From NCBI GenBank assembly GCA_035553115.1, contig DATNED010000156.1, positions 5,781 through 69,780 of the forward strand: DNA of 64,000 bases, given 5' to 3'. A program made the position numbers and the translations under genes. The notes beneath the pieces were generated by a model that saw only the letters and a list, made by a program, of their open reading frames with translations, searched no databases and was not told where the DNA came from. Positions 9,903-20,500 of the stretch are shown here, piece after piece (position 1 is the stretch's first letter; every line of letters begins with the position of its first letter). This DNA comes from Terriglobales bacterium (GTDB taxonomy: Bacteria; Acidobacteriota; Terriglobia; Terriglobales; SCQP01).

Positions 9903-10687
9903 TGGCGTTGGCTAACCGGCGAGGCTTCGTCCAGGCGCCCTGCGCCCGGACCCGACTGCGAAAAGGGCGCGCCGTGCCCTGGAATCAGAATACCTTCAAA
10001 ACGGTCGAGCATCTGCCGCGAACGCTGGAATTGCGTGTGGTTGTGCGGCGGCATGTCGTACCCCACGGCCTCGTCGTCGCCGAACGGGCGGGCGTCGCCG
10101 AGGACCAAGTAGGGCCCCTCGACCCCGTCCACTTCGAGCGAGAGGTGCCCCGGCGTGTGCCCCGGCGTGGGAACCACGCGCACCCCGCGCAGCCCTAGCT
10201 CGTGCTGCTCGCACCAGCGGTACCGCTCCACCGCTCCCAGCGACGCCGGATCCCACATCCATTGCAGCAGCTGCAGCACGCGCGCCTCGTCCATGCGGTC
10301 GAACTCCTCGTCGGTCGCCTCCGGATAAAACGTGCGGAACACCTCGCGCCGCGTCTCGCCTCCGCACACCGAGTCGTAGATGCTCAGGGCCCAATCGAAA
10401 TCCACCTTCGATCCGTACACCCACGCCTGCGGAAACAAAAAGTTGCCGCCGCAGTGGTCCAGATGAAAATGCGTGTTGATCACGCCTGCGACCGCTTCGG
10501 GCGCAACCCCGGCCCGCCGGAGGCCATCGAGCAGAATCGAATCATGCTGGGGAAATCCGGTGTCCACGACGATATGCAGGCCGTGCGGATCGGTGAGCAG
10601 CACCGAACAGGACTGCAGCGGCAGACCCGGCACCAGCACTTGCACGTTCCAACGCGGCGGCCGTGCGCCGTTCCCGTTCCAACTCAT
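9899..10687 (-). CDS. MBL-fold metallo-hydrolase
   Basis: Start moved to ATG 10687 (MSWNGNG), which overlaps the kinase stop (ATGA). HxHxDH motif HFHLDHCGG; later TPGHTPGH. Confidence 0.85.
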   Translation of the reverse strand: MSWNGNGARPPRWNVQVLVPGLPLQSCSVLLTDPHGLHIVVDTGFPQHDSILLDGLRRAGVAPEAVAGVINTHFHLDHCGGNFLFPQAWVYGSKVDFDWALSIYDSVCGGETRREVFRTFYPEATDEEFDRMDEARVLQLLQWMWDPASLGAVERYRWCEQHELGLRGVRVVPTPGHTPGHLSLEVDGVEGPYLVLGDARPFGDDEAVGYDMPPHNHTQFQRSRQMLDRFEGILIPGHGAPFSQSGPGAGRLDEASPVSQRQ

Positions 10688-12180
10688 GCCGCCCCCGCCA
10701 AGGGCAGATGCACCGTGAAGCTGCTGCCCTGGCCGGGCGAGCTTGAAACCTCGACCGAGCCGCCATGGGTCTCGGCCACCCACTTGACGATCGGCAAGCC
10801 CAGTCCGCACCCCTCGACGCCGGCTTCGCTGCGGGTGCGGCTCTTGTCGGCGCGGTAGAAGCGATCGAAGATGCGCGGCAAATCCTCTGCCGCGATGCCC
10901 ATGCCGCTGTCGCGCACCAGCAGCCGCGCCTCTGGACCCGAGGTGCCCGGGGCGCGCTCCACCCGCACTTCGATGCGCCCGCCCGCGGGCGTGTACTTGA
11001 CCGCGTTGTCGATCAAATTGAGCACCATTTGCCGCAGGCGCAGGCTGTCGGCGCGCAACGGCACCGGCGCGCTGGTGGCCGCGCGCAGCTCGACCCCGCG
11101 CGCTTGCGCCACCACCCGCATCTGTTCCACCAAATCGCGCACCAGTTCGTTCAGGTCCATGGCCTCCAGCTTGGGCCGCATCTCCCCGGCATCGGCCTGC
11201 GCCAGCACCAGCAGGTTGCGGATCATCCGGTTCAGCCGATCGATCTCCTCAAGATTGCTCTCCAGCACCCGCCGGCACTCGCCCAGCGGCGCCCGCGCCA
11301 GCAGCGCCAGCTCGGTCTCCCCCTGCATCGCCTGCAGCGGCGTCCGAAGCTCGTGGCTGACGTTGGCCGCGAACTCATTCATTTTATCGAAGCTTTGCTG
11401 CAGCCGCGCAATCATTGCGTTGAACGTTTCCGCCAACTCATCCAACTCGTCACGTCTTCCCCGCATCGGCAGCCGCTGGCTCAGATTTGAGGCCGAAATC
11501 GTCTGCGCCGCGTGGGTCATATCCGTCACCGGCTTCAGCGTCCGCTTGGCCAGCACCGAACCGCCCCCCGCGCTGAGCACCACGGTAACCGGCAGCAGCA
11601 TCAGCATCACCCATAGGAACGTGTCTTGCGCATCGTTGATCGGCTTTAACCGCGTCCCGATTTGCATAAGATAGCGGTGTCCATCGGCGCTGTTCAAAAT
11701 GGTGTTCACGAATCGAACTTGCTCGTCGCGGCGCCCCCCCATGGTGGTGAAGGTCGGGGGCGGCTGCATCGCCACCAGGCCCTTGAGCTGCTTGGGCTCG
11801 AACGAGAACCCGAAGGCGGCCAGTTCGGGCGAGGACTTCACCGGCACGCCCTCGACGTTCAGGATTTGCGAGGTGGCGAAAATCGTGTTCAGGTCGTAGC
11901 TTTCGTCCAAGTCGGGCGCGTGGCTGAGCAGCACCGGCTTGCCTTGATCGAAGCGGATGTACTGCTTCACCAGCGCGGCTTCGTTTTGCAGGTCGTTGTC
12001 AATATTCCAGAACAGAATCCAGTTCAGCGTGAAATAGAGCAGGCCTGCCGCCAGCACCAGCATCAGGCTGAAGACGACCGTGTATTGCAGGGTCAGTTGG
12101 CCCCGGGTGGACGCCGGGCGCCAGACCAGCCGGCGCAGCAGCCGCCGCACGAATTGGCGCAGGTGGCGCGCGCGGATCAT
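10684..12180 (-). CDS. Sensor histidine kinase (two TM, HAMP, HisKA, HATPase_c)
   Basis: H-box NVSHELRTPL, N-box LIDNAVKYT, G-boxes DSGMGI and GCGLGLPIV. The ATG at 12180 overlaps the response-regulator stop. Confidence 0.9.
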   Translation of the reverse strand: MIRARHLRQFVRRLLRRLVWRPASTRGQLTLQYTVVFSLMLVLAAGLLYFTLNWILFWNIDNDLQNEAALVKQYIRFDQGKPVLLSHAPDLDESYDLNTIFATSQILNVEGVPVKSSPELAAFGFSFEPKQLKGLVAMQPPPTFTTMGGRRDEQVRFVNTILNSADGHRYLMQIGTRLKPINDAQDTFLWVMLMLLPVTVVLSAGGGSVLAKRTLKPVTDMTHAAQTISASNLSQRLPMRGRRDELDELAETFNAMIARLQQSFDKMNEFAANVSHELRTPLQAMQGETELALLARAPLGECRRVLESNLEEIDRLNRMIRNLLVLAQADAGEMRPKLEAMDLNELVRDLVEQMRVVAQARGVELRAATSAPVPLRADSLRLRQMVLNLIDNAVKYTPAGGRIEVRVERAPGTSGPEARLLVRDSGMGIAAEDLPRIFDRFYRADKSRTRSEAGVEGCGLGLPIVKWVAETHGGSVEVSSSPGQGSSFTVHLPLAGAA

Positions 12181-12866
12181 GCCGGGGTCCCCGCCGGCTC
12201 GTCCTTGAGCATGTATCCCACCCCGCGCACGCTGTGCAGCAGTTTTTGCGCCCGGTCCTTGTCGATCTTGGTGCGCAAGAAGCTGATGTAGACGTCAATC
12301 ACGTTGGTGAAGCTGTCGAAGCTCGCGTCCCAGACGTGCTCGGCGATCATGGTGCGCGTGACCACCTGGTTGGCGTTGCGCATCAAGTATTCGAGCAGCA
12401 TGAACTCCTTGTTCGAAAGCTCGAGGTCGCTCTCCCCCCGCCACGCCTTGCGCTTCACCGGATCAAGCACCAGGTCCGCCACCTGCAGTTGCAGCTTCAA
12501 CTCGCGCCACTCGCGCCGCAGCAGCGCCCGCACCCGCGCCCGCAGCTCGGCGAAGGCAAACGGCTTGATCAAGTAGTCGTCGCTGCCGATTTCGAGGCCG
12601 CGCACGCGGTCCTCGACGGAGGTCTTGGCAGTAAGGATCAGAATGGGCACGTTGGGATTGCGCTTGCGAACCGTGGACAGCACTGAGAACCCTGAAACCT
12701 TGGGCAGCATCAAATCCAAGATGATGAGATCATAGGCGCTGGCTTCGGCCAAATAGAGCGCCTCTTCGCCGTCGGCGGCCAGGTCCACGGCGAAATGGTC
12801 CTGCTGCAGCCCCTTTTTGATGAACTGGGCGACTTTGTGCTCGTCTTCAACCAGTAATATGCGCAT
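12177..12866 (-). CDS. OmpR-family response regulator
   Basis: Start moved to ATG 12866 (MRILLVEDEHK). Receiver Asp in LIILDLMLP. C-terminal winged-helix segment LSNKEFMLLEYLMRN...VIDVYISFLRTKID. Confidence 0.9.
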   Translation of the reverse strand: MRILLVEDEHKVAQFIKKGLQQDHFAVDLAADGEEALYLAEASAYDLIILDLMLPKVSGFSVLSTVRKRNPNVPILILTAKTSVEDRVRGLEIGSDDYLIKPFAFAELRARVRALLRREWRELKLQLQVADLVLDPVKRKAWRGESDLELSNKEFMLLEYLMRNANQVVTRTMIAEHVWDASFDSFTNVIDVYISFLRTKIDKDRAQKLLHSVRGVGYMLKDEPAGTPA

Positions 12867-12897
12867 GCCGCCCCGCTCATTATAAAATCTCACGAAT

Positions 12898-13893
12898 ATG
12901 CGCTTTGCGGGACGGATTGCGGCAGTACTGGTTTTGGCCGCGATGGCAGCGGTCGCCGCGCCGGCGTCCACGCCTCCTGCCGACCCCACCGTGCGCCGAG
13001 CCGCCGATCTGGTCGAATGGGGGCGCTGGCAGGAGGCCCGCAAGCTGCTCGCCGACGCCGTGGCCGAGCCTGACAATGCCCGCAATGCCGCGCTCATCGC
13101 CTATTACGCCCACGTGCTTCTGAAATTTGGCGACTTGCGCTCAGGAACCAACCAGGCCAAACGCGCCGTCGCGCTCGATGACGCCTGCGCCTCCTGCCAC
13201 CTCTATATGTTTGAAGCCATGGCCGAGCGCGCCGAGGGCATGAACCAATTCCACGCCTTGCTGGTCTTGCCGCGGATGAAAAAGCAGCTGGAGAAGGCCA
13301 CCGCCCTCGATCCCAACTCCGGCGATGTGCAGTGGGCATGGATTGATCTCGACCTGGGCCTGCCTGCGGCCGCCGGAGGCAGCACCAGCGAAGCCATGAA
13401 GCACGCCGACCGCCTCAGCGAAATCGACCCGGTGGACGGCCGCCTCGCCCGGGCTTCAATTTACGAATCGCTGAAGCAAACCGATCAGGCCTTGGCCCAG
13501 TACCGCGCAGCCGCCGAGGACCACCCCGAGGACCCGCGCGGCGACTTCGCCCTTGGGCAGGCGCTCTACAAGCGCGGCGACTTCGCCGCCGCCGCGCCGT
13601 TCCTTGCCAAGGCCTTCCATTTGAATCCGGCGTCGGCGCTCTATTCCGCCTACTACTCCGCCAGTTTGGTTCACGACAAGAAGCTGCCGCAGGCCCGCGC
13701 CGTGCTCGACGCCGCCCAAGCCCTGCATCCCGACAGCCGCGTGGGCGACTACCTCTGCGCCGAGGCCTTGCGCCAAACCAACCAGGACTTCGCCTGGGCC
13801 AGGCAGTTGCTCGCCGCCTATCTTGCCGTGCCCAGCGAGCCCGATCAGCCCACCGCCGCCCAGGCCCAGAAGCTGCTCGCTGCCCTCGGGTAG
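12898..13893 (+). CDS. Secreted TPR-like repeat protein
   Basis: ATG 12898 with a signal peptide AAVLVLAAMAAVAAPA. Ala/Leu-rich helical repeats (ALGQALYKRGDFAAAAPFLAKAFHLNP). Confidence 0.6.
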   Translation: MRFAGRIAAVLVLAAMAAVAAPASTPPADPTVRRAADLVEWGRWQEARKLLADAVAEPDNARNAALIAYYAHVLLKFGDLRSGTNQAKRAVALDDACASCHLYMFEAMAERAEGMNQFHALLVLPRMKKQLEKATALDPNSGDVQWAWIDLDLGLPAAAGGSTSEAMKHADRLSEIDPVDGRLARASIYESLKQTDQALAQYRAAAEDHPEDPRGDFALGQALYKRGDFAAAAPFLAKAFHLNPASALYSAYYSASLVHDKKLPQARAVLDAAQALHPDSRVGDYLCAEALRQTNQDFAWARQLLAAYLAVPSEPDQPTAAQAQKLLAALG

Positions 13894-13939
13894 GGACGAA
13901 GGGCTTCGCGGCTTGCCGGCGCTCACCGCCATTCCCCGA

Positions 13940-14815
13940 TTACAGCCACTTCAGGGCCGTGTGGGAAGAGCTCGCAATCTCGGTCCGGCGTGCCACCAGC
14001 ACCCGCTCCCAGAGCTGCAAATCGCGCCGGGTCTCCACCACCTCCCAGCCATGCTTCAGCATGGCTCGCACCGGCTCGGCCGAGGCATAGCCCAGCTCCA
14101 GGACCAGCCATCCCTGCGGCTGCAGCGCCTTGCGTGCTTCCGGTATCAGCCGGGCATAAACCTCGGTGCCGACCCGCCCGGCGACCAGCGCTGGGCGCGG
14201 ATCGTGCGCGCGCACTTCGGCGGCCGCTTCCTCAAAGTCGCGTTCGCTTAGATACGGCGGATTGGAAACGATCAAATCGAACGGCCCCTCGAATCCGGCA
14301 AGCAAGTCCCCTTCGGCAAACTCCACCTGCGTTGCCCAATTCTCGGCGTTCACCCGCGCCACCTCGAGCGCGGCGGCGGAAACCTCGCTGGCCCGCACGT
14401 GCGCCTTGGGGCGCTCGAGCGCAAGCGTGATCGCGATGCATCCCGAGCCCGTTCCAATATCCAACACTTGCGCCGGCGCCTCGGCCGCGACGCGCTCCAG
14501 CGCGGCCTGCACCACCAATTCGGTCTCCGCCCGCGGAATTAAGGCTGCGGGCGAGACCTTGAAGCGACGCCCGAAAAACTCTTGCTCGCCGGTAAGATGC
14601 TGCAGCGGTTCGCCCGCCGCCCGCCGCGCAATCAGGCTGCGGTAGCGGGCCTCGAGCTGCGCCGCCAACGTCTCCTCCGGATGGGCAAACAAATACGACC
14701 GCGGCTGGCCCAGCACCCACGCCAGCAGCACCTCGGCTTGCAGATGCGGCGAATCTTTTCCTGCTTGCTCAAGCGCGGCTGCGGCTCGCGCGATTTCCTG
14801 TTGCAGCGTCGGCAT
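13940..14815 (-). CDS. prmC: Peptide chain release factor N5-glutamine methyltransferase
   Basis: Start moved to ATG 14815 ([19 protein letters not shown]...LLAWVLG). SAM motif [11 protein letters not shown] and the catalytic NPPY (IVSNPPYL). Confidence 0.85.
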   Translation of the reverse strand: MPTLQQEIARAAAALEQAGKDSPHLQAEVLLAWVLGQPRSYLFAHPEETLAAQLEARYRSLIARRAAGEPLQHLTGEQEFFGRRFKVSPAALIPRAETELVVQAALERVAAEAPAQVLDIGTGSGCIAITLALERPKAHVRASEVSAAALEVARVNAENWATQVEFAEGDLLAGFEGPFDLIVSNPPYLSERDFEEAAAEVRAHDPRPALVAGRVGTEVYARLIPEARKALQPQGWLVLELGYASAEPVRAMLKHGWEVVETRRDLQLWERVLVARRTEIASSSHTALKWL

Positions 14816-15857
14816 AGGCCTCCATGATTCGGGAGAGGCTTTGGGTGTACGGGGGGCGTGCAACGCCAGCCTCGGTGATGATGGCGGACACGTAGCGATG
14901 CGGTGTGACGTCAAAGGCCGGATGCGCGGCCGCCACCCCGACCGGTGTCAGCGCCACGCCGGCCAAATGCGTGACTTCGGCCGCGCTGCGTTGCTCGATC
15001 GGGATCGCCTCGCCCGAGGCCAGCGCCAAATCGAGCGTCGAGCGCGGCGCAGCCACGTAAAACGGCACGTTGTTTTCCTTGGCGAGCACGGCCACCGAAT
15101 AGGTCCCGATCTTGTTGGCCACGTCACCATTGGCCGCTACGCGATCGGCGCCCACAATCACCGCGGCGATCTGGCCGCTGTGCAGAAAATGACCCGCCAT
15201 GCTGTCGGTGATCACCGTGGTGGGAATGCCGTCTTGATGCAATTCCCATGCCGTGAGCCGCGCTCCTTGCAAATAGGGCCGCGTCTCGTCCGCGAAGACC
15301 TCGATCTGCTTTCCCGCCTCCACCGCCGCCCGGATCACCCCCAGCGCCGTGCCGTAGCCTGCGGTTGCCAGTGCGCCGGCATTGCAGTGCGTCAGCACCC
15401 GGCCCTGCTGCGGCAGCAGCTCCGCCCCGTGCTTTCCCAGCGCGCGGTTGATGGCGATGTCGTCGCTGTAGATGCGCATCGCTTCCTCTTCTAGGGCTCG
15501 CTTCAGGTCGCCGACCTTGGCGCCGGCCGCAACCTCATTCTCGAAACGGACCCGCATGCGATCCAGCGCCCAAGCCAGATTCACCGCCGTGGGCCGGGTG
15601 CGGCGCAGGGTCTCGCAAATCAACTCGAACTCGGCCTCAAGTGCGCCGACCGAGGCTGCGGCCGAGCCCTTGACGCCCAGCGCCGCGCCCATTGCCGCCG
15701 CCACTCCGATCGCTGGGGCGCCGCGGACCACCATGTCGCGAATGCCGCGCGCAACTTCATTGTGATCGCGGCAAAGTACGTATTGCACGGTTCCGGGCAG
15801 CGCGAGCTGGTCCAGCAGTCGAACGCCCTCGGGCGTCCATTCCAGCGTGGGAATCAC
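14769..15857 (-). CDS. mtnA: S-methyl-5-thioribose-1-phosphate isomerase (eIF-2B alpha/beta/delta family)
   Basis: GTG at 15857 overlaps the pyrE stop (GTGA). The N-terminus [33 protein letters not shown] and [18 protein letters not shown] are typical of MtnA. Confidence 0.85.
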   Translation of the reverse strand: MIPTLEWTPEGVRLLDQLALPGTVQYVLCRDHNEVARGIRDMVVRGAPAIGVAAAMGAALGVKGSAAASVGALEAEFELICETLRRTRPTAVNLAWALDRMRVRFENEVAAGAKVGDLKRALEEEAMRIYSDDIAINRALGKHGAELLPQQGRVLTHCNAGALATAGYGTALGVIRAAVEAGKQIEVFADETRPYLQGARLTAWELHQDGIPTTVITDSMAGHFLHSGQIAAVIVGADRVAANGDVANKIGTYSVAVLAKENNVPFYVAAPRSTLDLALASGEAIPIEQRSAAEVTHLAGVALTPVGVAAAHPAFDVTPHRYVSAIITEAGVARPPYTQSLSRIMEAYADAATGNRASRSRA

Positions 15858-16474
15858 AGCGCCGCCTCGGCGATGCTGTTTCCGCCGCGCAGCAGCTCCT
15901 TGTGCGCCGCCCGCACTTCCTGCGCCCCGAAGATCGCTTGAAACGGGCACGGCCGTCCGCGGTGCGCCCGCCAAAGCTGGTTGAGATTGTTCCGTCCGCC
16001 GGCTTCCTCGCGCTCGATCAGGCAGCGCACTGCCACAACCTCGAGGCCCTCGCTCCATGCCGCCTCGATTGCCTGCACGGTCGAAGCCGCCGTGGTGCAA
16101 ACGTCATCCACGATGGCCACCCGCATTCCGGCATGGACTTGCCCCTCGATGCGCCGGCCCATGCCATGCGCCTTCTCCGCCTTGCGCACCAGAAACCCGG
16201 ATATGGGTTTGCCCGAGCGCGTGCTTTCAATGGCTACTCCGACTACGATCGGGTCGGCGCCAAGAGTCAACCCGCCCACAGCGTCGGGAACCGGATCGAG
16301 CTGCCGAAGCTCCTCGAGAAATACGCGGGCCGTAAGCAGCGCGCCTGGCACGGAAAGCGTCGTAGTGCGGCAATCCACGTAATAGTCGCTGGTGCCGCCA
16401 CTGGAAAGCTGGAACTCGCCCAACCGAAAGGAATCGCGGGCGAGCAGGTCGAGCAATTGCAGACGGTCATCCAT
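15854..16474 (-). CDS. pyrE: Orotate phosphoribosyltransferase
   Basis: [21 protein letters not shown] and the PRPP-binding loop [13 protein letters not shown]. Confidence 0.9.
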   Translation of the reverse strand: MDDRLQLLDLLARDSFRLGEFQLSSGGTSDYYVDCRTTTLSVPGALLTARVFLEELRQLDPVPDAVGGLTLGADPIVVGVAIESTRSGKPISGFLVRKAEKAHGMGRRIEGQVHAGMRVAIVDDVCTTAASTVQAIEAAWSEGLEVVAVRCLIEREEAGGRNNLNQLWRAHRGRPCPFQAIFGAQEVRAAHKELLRGGNSIAEAAL

Positions 16475-16480
16475 GGCGGC

Positions 16481-17515
16481 TCAGTGCAGCCCCGGAGGGA
16501 AATGCCGGAATTCCTGGGTAGCGAAGTACTGCGCGGCGAATAGAATTCCATTGTACGCGCAGTGAAACAGCCAGCTGGCCATGAGCGATCCGGTCACGAC
16601 TCGCACTGCCGTGAGCACAACCCCAACCAATATGAGGATCAACACCGCCGCCCAGGCCCAGCCCAGCTGAGCCGCATGCATCATGCCGAACAGAATCCCC
16701 GTGATGGCGACGGCGAAGGTCTCCGGTCGCCCCAGGCGCGCTAGCTGGTTCACAACCCAACCCCACGGCGCGATCACTGCGTCCGGCAACGCCAGCACCA
16801 AGAGCAAGCTGAAGAACACGCCGATCGCGATCGCGGACGGACGCGCGCCGGGGGAAAGCACGCGCTGACGCACCTGGAGCCAGGCGCATGCCAACGCACC
16901 CACGGCGGCCAGCACCCGCACCAACGGATGCCAACTCTGCAGTTCTTTCCGATTCATGCCCAATGCAAACGTTGCCCGCAGACTCGGATAAATGAGCCCG
17001 CGAAATATGAACTCCTCGAAAAAGGGCGCGATCCCGACCCCGTAGATCATCAGCAGCCACGCCGTGCGCGGGGTGAAAAGCCGATCCATCGGCACTTCGC
17101 TGGGTATCGGCAGCAAATGTCCGAGAAGCTGCACCCCGATCATGGTCACGACCCCGCCCAGCAGCACCGCGCCTATGGTCTCGAGGCGGAGCTTGCGCCA
17201 ATGGATCGCCTGCCAAAACCGAACTCCGTGTTGCGCGCTGAGCCACCCCCAAGTAACCCCAAACCCCAGCCCAAACCCGGCAGTCTGCCCGATGACGGAG
17301 GCCGCAACCAGAACCAGTTCCGAATTCTGAATCGCTCCTGGCCTGCGCGCGATGGCGACGATCCCGACCGCTACCGCCGCAGCCAGAGTAAGGATGCCAA
17401 TGGCGATCGCGGTAAACAGGATGAGAACGGTGATCTCAAGCCCCGTCCACGCCGGTTCCCGGGCAGGGATCTCGGCGGAAGGCTCAGGCGCAGCAGGAAA
17501 GGGGTAAATGCCCAA
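16481..17515 (-). CDS. CPBP family intramembrane glutamic endopeptidase (CAAX protease-like)
   Basis: Multi-TM protein with motifs APFFEEFIFRG, FGMMH and LFHCAYNG. The track start is a TTG, so the start is uncertain. Confidence 0.8.
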   Translation of the reverse strand: MGIYPFPAAPEPSAEIPAREPAWTGLEITVLILFTAIAIGILTLAAAVAVGIVAIARRPGAIQNSELVLVAASVIGQTAGFGLGFGVTWGWLSAQHGVRFWQAIHWRKLRLETIGAVLLGGVVTMIGVQLLGHLLPIPSEVPMDRLFTPRTAWLLMIYGVGIAPFFEEFIFRGLIYPSLRATFALGMNRKELQSWHPLVRVLAAVGALACAWLQVRQRVLSPGARPSAIAIGVFFSLLLVLALPDAVIAPWGWVVNQLARLGRPETFAVAITGILFGMMHAAQLGWAWAAVLILILVGVVLTAVRVVTGSLMASWLFHCAYNGILFAAQYFATQEFRHFPPGLH

Positions 17516-17535
17516 GCACTCAGTATAAAGACGGG

Positions 17536-17567
17536 GCGGGGCCCGCCAAAGTTGGCGCGGGCCCCGC
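17536..17567 (-). terminator. Candidate intrinsic terminator downstream of the TonB-dependent receptor gene
   Basis: GC-rich hairpin: CGGGGCCCG at 17537-17545 pairs with 17558-17566, plus flanking pairs, with loop AAAGTT. On the minus strand it is followed by CCCGTCTTTATACT, a weak T tract. Confidence 0.45.
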
Positions 17568-17582
17568 GAAATGAAACCGCTC

Positions 17583-20500
17583 CTAGAACTCCAACCGCAA
17601 TCCCATCTCCATCGTCCGGCTGCCGCTCTTGCCGGTCAGCACGCCAAAGCTCGCCGGCGAGGTGCCGAAGAGGCCCAGCCGCGGGTCGTTCCAGAACGGA
17701 TGGTTGAGCACATTGAACACCTGCAAGCTGTAGGCCAGATTGAGCCTTTCGGTCAGCGCCGTGGACTTGCCCAGTGCGGCGTTCCAGTTCCAGCTGCCAA
17801 ATCCGCGCAGCGGGTTGGCGTTGCCGCTGCGGCCGTCGGTCGAGATTTGAACGGTGCGGAACGAGTTGAACGCGCTTGTCGGATTCGAAAACACATTCAA
17901 GCCCAACCCTCCAGCGCTGGTGTTGCCTCTGGTGGCGATGGTGGCGCCACTCACGTTGGGGAAGATGCCGATGCTGCCGGCGAGAGCATCCGCATTCACC
18001 GTCGGAATGGCGTCGGCAGCATTGGTGAGGCCGAGGTTGCCGCCGCCGTAGACCTGTCCGCCTTCGCTCACCAGCAGCGGCGCGCCGCTGGCGTAGGTGA
18101 GAATGCCGGAGTGGTACCAGCCCGAGGTCAAGCGATCCAGCCACCCCGCGCCGCTGGTGTGCGGCAGGTTGTAGTTGTAGGTCGCGTTCCAGGTGTTGGT
18201 GCGGTCACTCGAGTCGATGCCGTAGGTGCGGAACGGATCGAAGCTGTCGGCGAAGAATCCGGCGCTGTCCTGGTCGCCCAGCCCATTGCTGAGCAGCTTC
18301 GAGCGTGTGTAGTTGAAATCGAAATTCAACCCGTGGGTCGGATTCATGCGCAGCGTGGCGATGAAGGCCTGATAGTTCGAGAGCCCGAGGTGCGTGCGCA
18401 TGAACAGCGTGCCCACGTCCTGGTTGTCGAAGGTGGGCAAGCTCTGCGCCAGCCGCAGATTGTCTATCGACTGGAACAACGTGCTGACGCTGGCCGAGTT
18501 GAACGAGCTGCTGTTCTTGCCGACGAAGGCGTCGGTGCCGCCCGGCACCAAATTCTCGAACCAGGGCTGCGCCGCTACTTTGCTCGCCGCCACGCCTTGC
18601 GCCAGTTGCGCATTGATGGCGTCGTAGGCTTGGGCGAAGGTTTGTCCCGACGCCGGATCCTTGAACATGTAGGGCGCGTTGTTGAAGTTGATGGCTTCCG
18701 GCAAGTCGCGGCCGAAGTTGCCGCTCCAGCCCACTTCGAGCAGCATGGCGCGGTTGAGCTGGCGCTGCAACGTCAGGTCCGCGGTCAGGCTGCGTCCGAC
18801 CTTGTTGTTCGGGTCCAGTTGGAACGAGACCTGTTCGCCGTTGATCCCCGGGATCACGCCCTGCTGCGGGTTCGTAATCGGCGCGAAGGCCGGCAGCGGG
18901 ATCGTCCCATCCACGCCCACCCGGAAGCTGGCAGCTGCCGGATCGGCGGTGGTGCCGATCCCCGCGTTGCAGCCCGTGCCCGGCGTTCCGCTAGCGGTGC
19001 ATAGCGGCTTCGCCACGGTCAGGGTCTGTGCGAAGCCGACGCCCAGCATGGGAATCTCGACGTTCTGCACCATGTTGCTGCGGTCATAGACCATGCCCAG
19101 CCCGCCGCGCAGCACCGACTTGCGGTCGCCGAAGACTTCGCCCAGCAGGCCGCCGGTGAACGACGGATTCCATGCGCCCGCGAACCGCGGCGCGATATTG
19201 CTCCAGTCCGTGCGAAACACGTTCTGGCCGGTGTACTGCACCGGCACGTACGCGAGCGTCGGATTGTAGAACTGCCCCTGGTTGGCCGCAGCGGCTTTGG
19301 CGTTGAGGTACCCCGAAGCGGTGAGCACTTGGCCGGTGCCGGCGCTTTCCAGCAGCACCTGTTGTTGATTCCGTTCAATCGGCGGCGTTTGCCAGCCATA
19401 GCTGAGGCCGTACGTCAGCGTCAGCGCGGGCGTCGCGCGCCAGGAGTCCGATCCGTAAAAGTTGTACTCCTGCCAGTTCGCGTTGGCTTGCAAGGTGGTG
19501 CCGAACGGCAGCGGGTTCAAGCTCGAATCACGCGCCGCTTCGATATTGACGTTGTCCACCATGCCCAGCATGGTCGAGTAGAGGGAGTTCCAAGTGGACG
19601 TGCTGCTCTTCGGCAGGCAGTTCGTGGTCAAGGCCGCGGTGCAGGTCGGAGGCGCATCCGCGTTCGGAATGCTGAGAAATGTTGAGGCGTTGAGCACGGC
19701 GGCCAGCGAGCTGTTCCCCGCCACGACCTTGTCGTTGCGGGCGTGCGTGGTGGGGAAGGTGCGAACGTCGGCGCCGAATTGATACGTGTGGTTGCCGTAG
19801 ATCCAGGTGGCGTCATCCACCCATTGCATGTCCACGTCCTTGGTCCATTGATACCGCGCGCTGCCCGCGCTGTTGTCAATCGGCAGATTCAGCGCGTTCG
19901 TTTGCAGGGCGATGAATCCGTCGGCCGTGTTCGTGCCGGGCAGATTCTCCAGCGCGGCGGCGCCAGTTGGCGTCAGCGGCTGCGACACGCTCACATCGCG
20001 CATATAGCCGAACGTGAAGGTGTTGAGCAGGTTGGGCGATATCTGCCCCACCAGCGTGCCGGCGAATTGCGTCGCCCGCTTGGGCTGCACCAGGGTTCCG
20101 ACCACGGTGCCGCCCAGCGTGTTCACCTGCCCGTTGGTCGTGACCAGGTCGCGATAGTAGGTCTCGCTCATGTGAAGCTGCCAGCTCGCGTTGAAGTTGT
20201 GGTCGGCGCGCAGCACTTCGTAGTCGGTGTTCTCCGGCGTCTTCACCGGCGCGGTGTAGCCGGTGGTGTTGAGGCCATCGCCGGCGTTCGAATTGTTGCC
20301 AACCGGATCTTCCGCGAACAGCTTGCTTACCGCCGGACTGATGCCGATCCCGCGCGGATCGCAAGCGGTGGTGCCGTTCGGACCGCAGTTCTGCGCCGTC
20401 GCCAGATTCCAGGTGTCGGTGGCGCCGGAGGCATCCTGAAACGTGAGAATGCCGGCGCGCAAGTTGGCGGTGGGCACCGTGCGCGTCACCGTGGTCGTCG

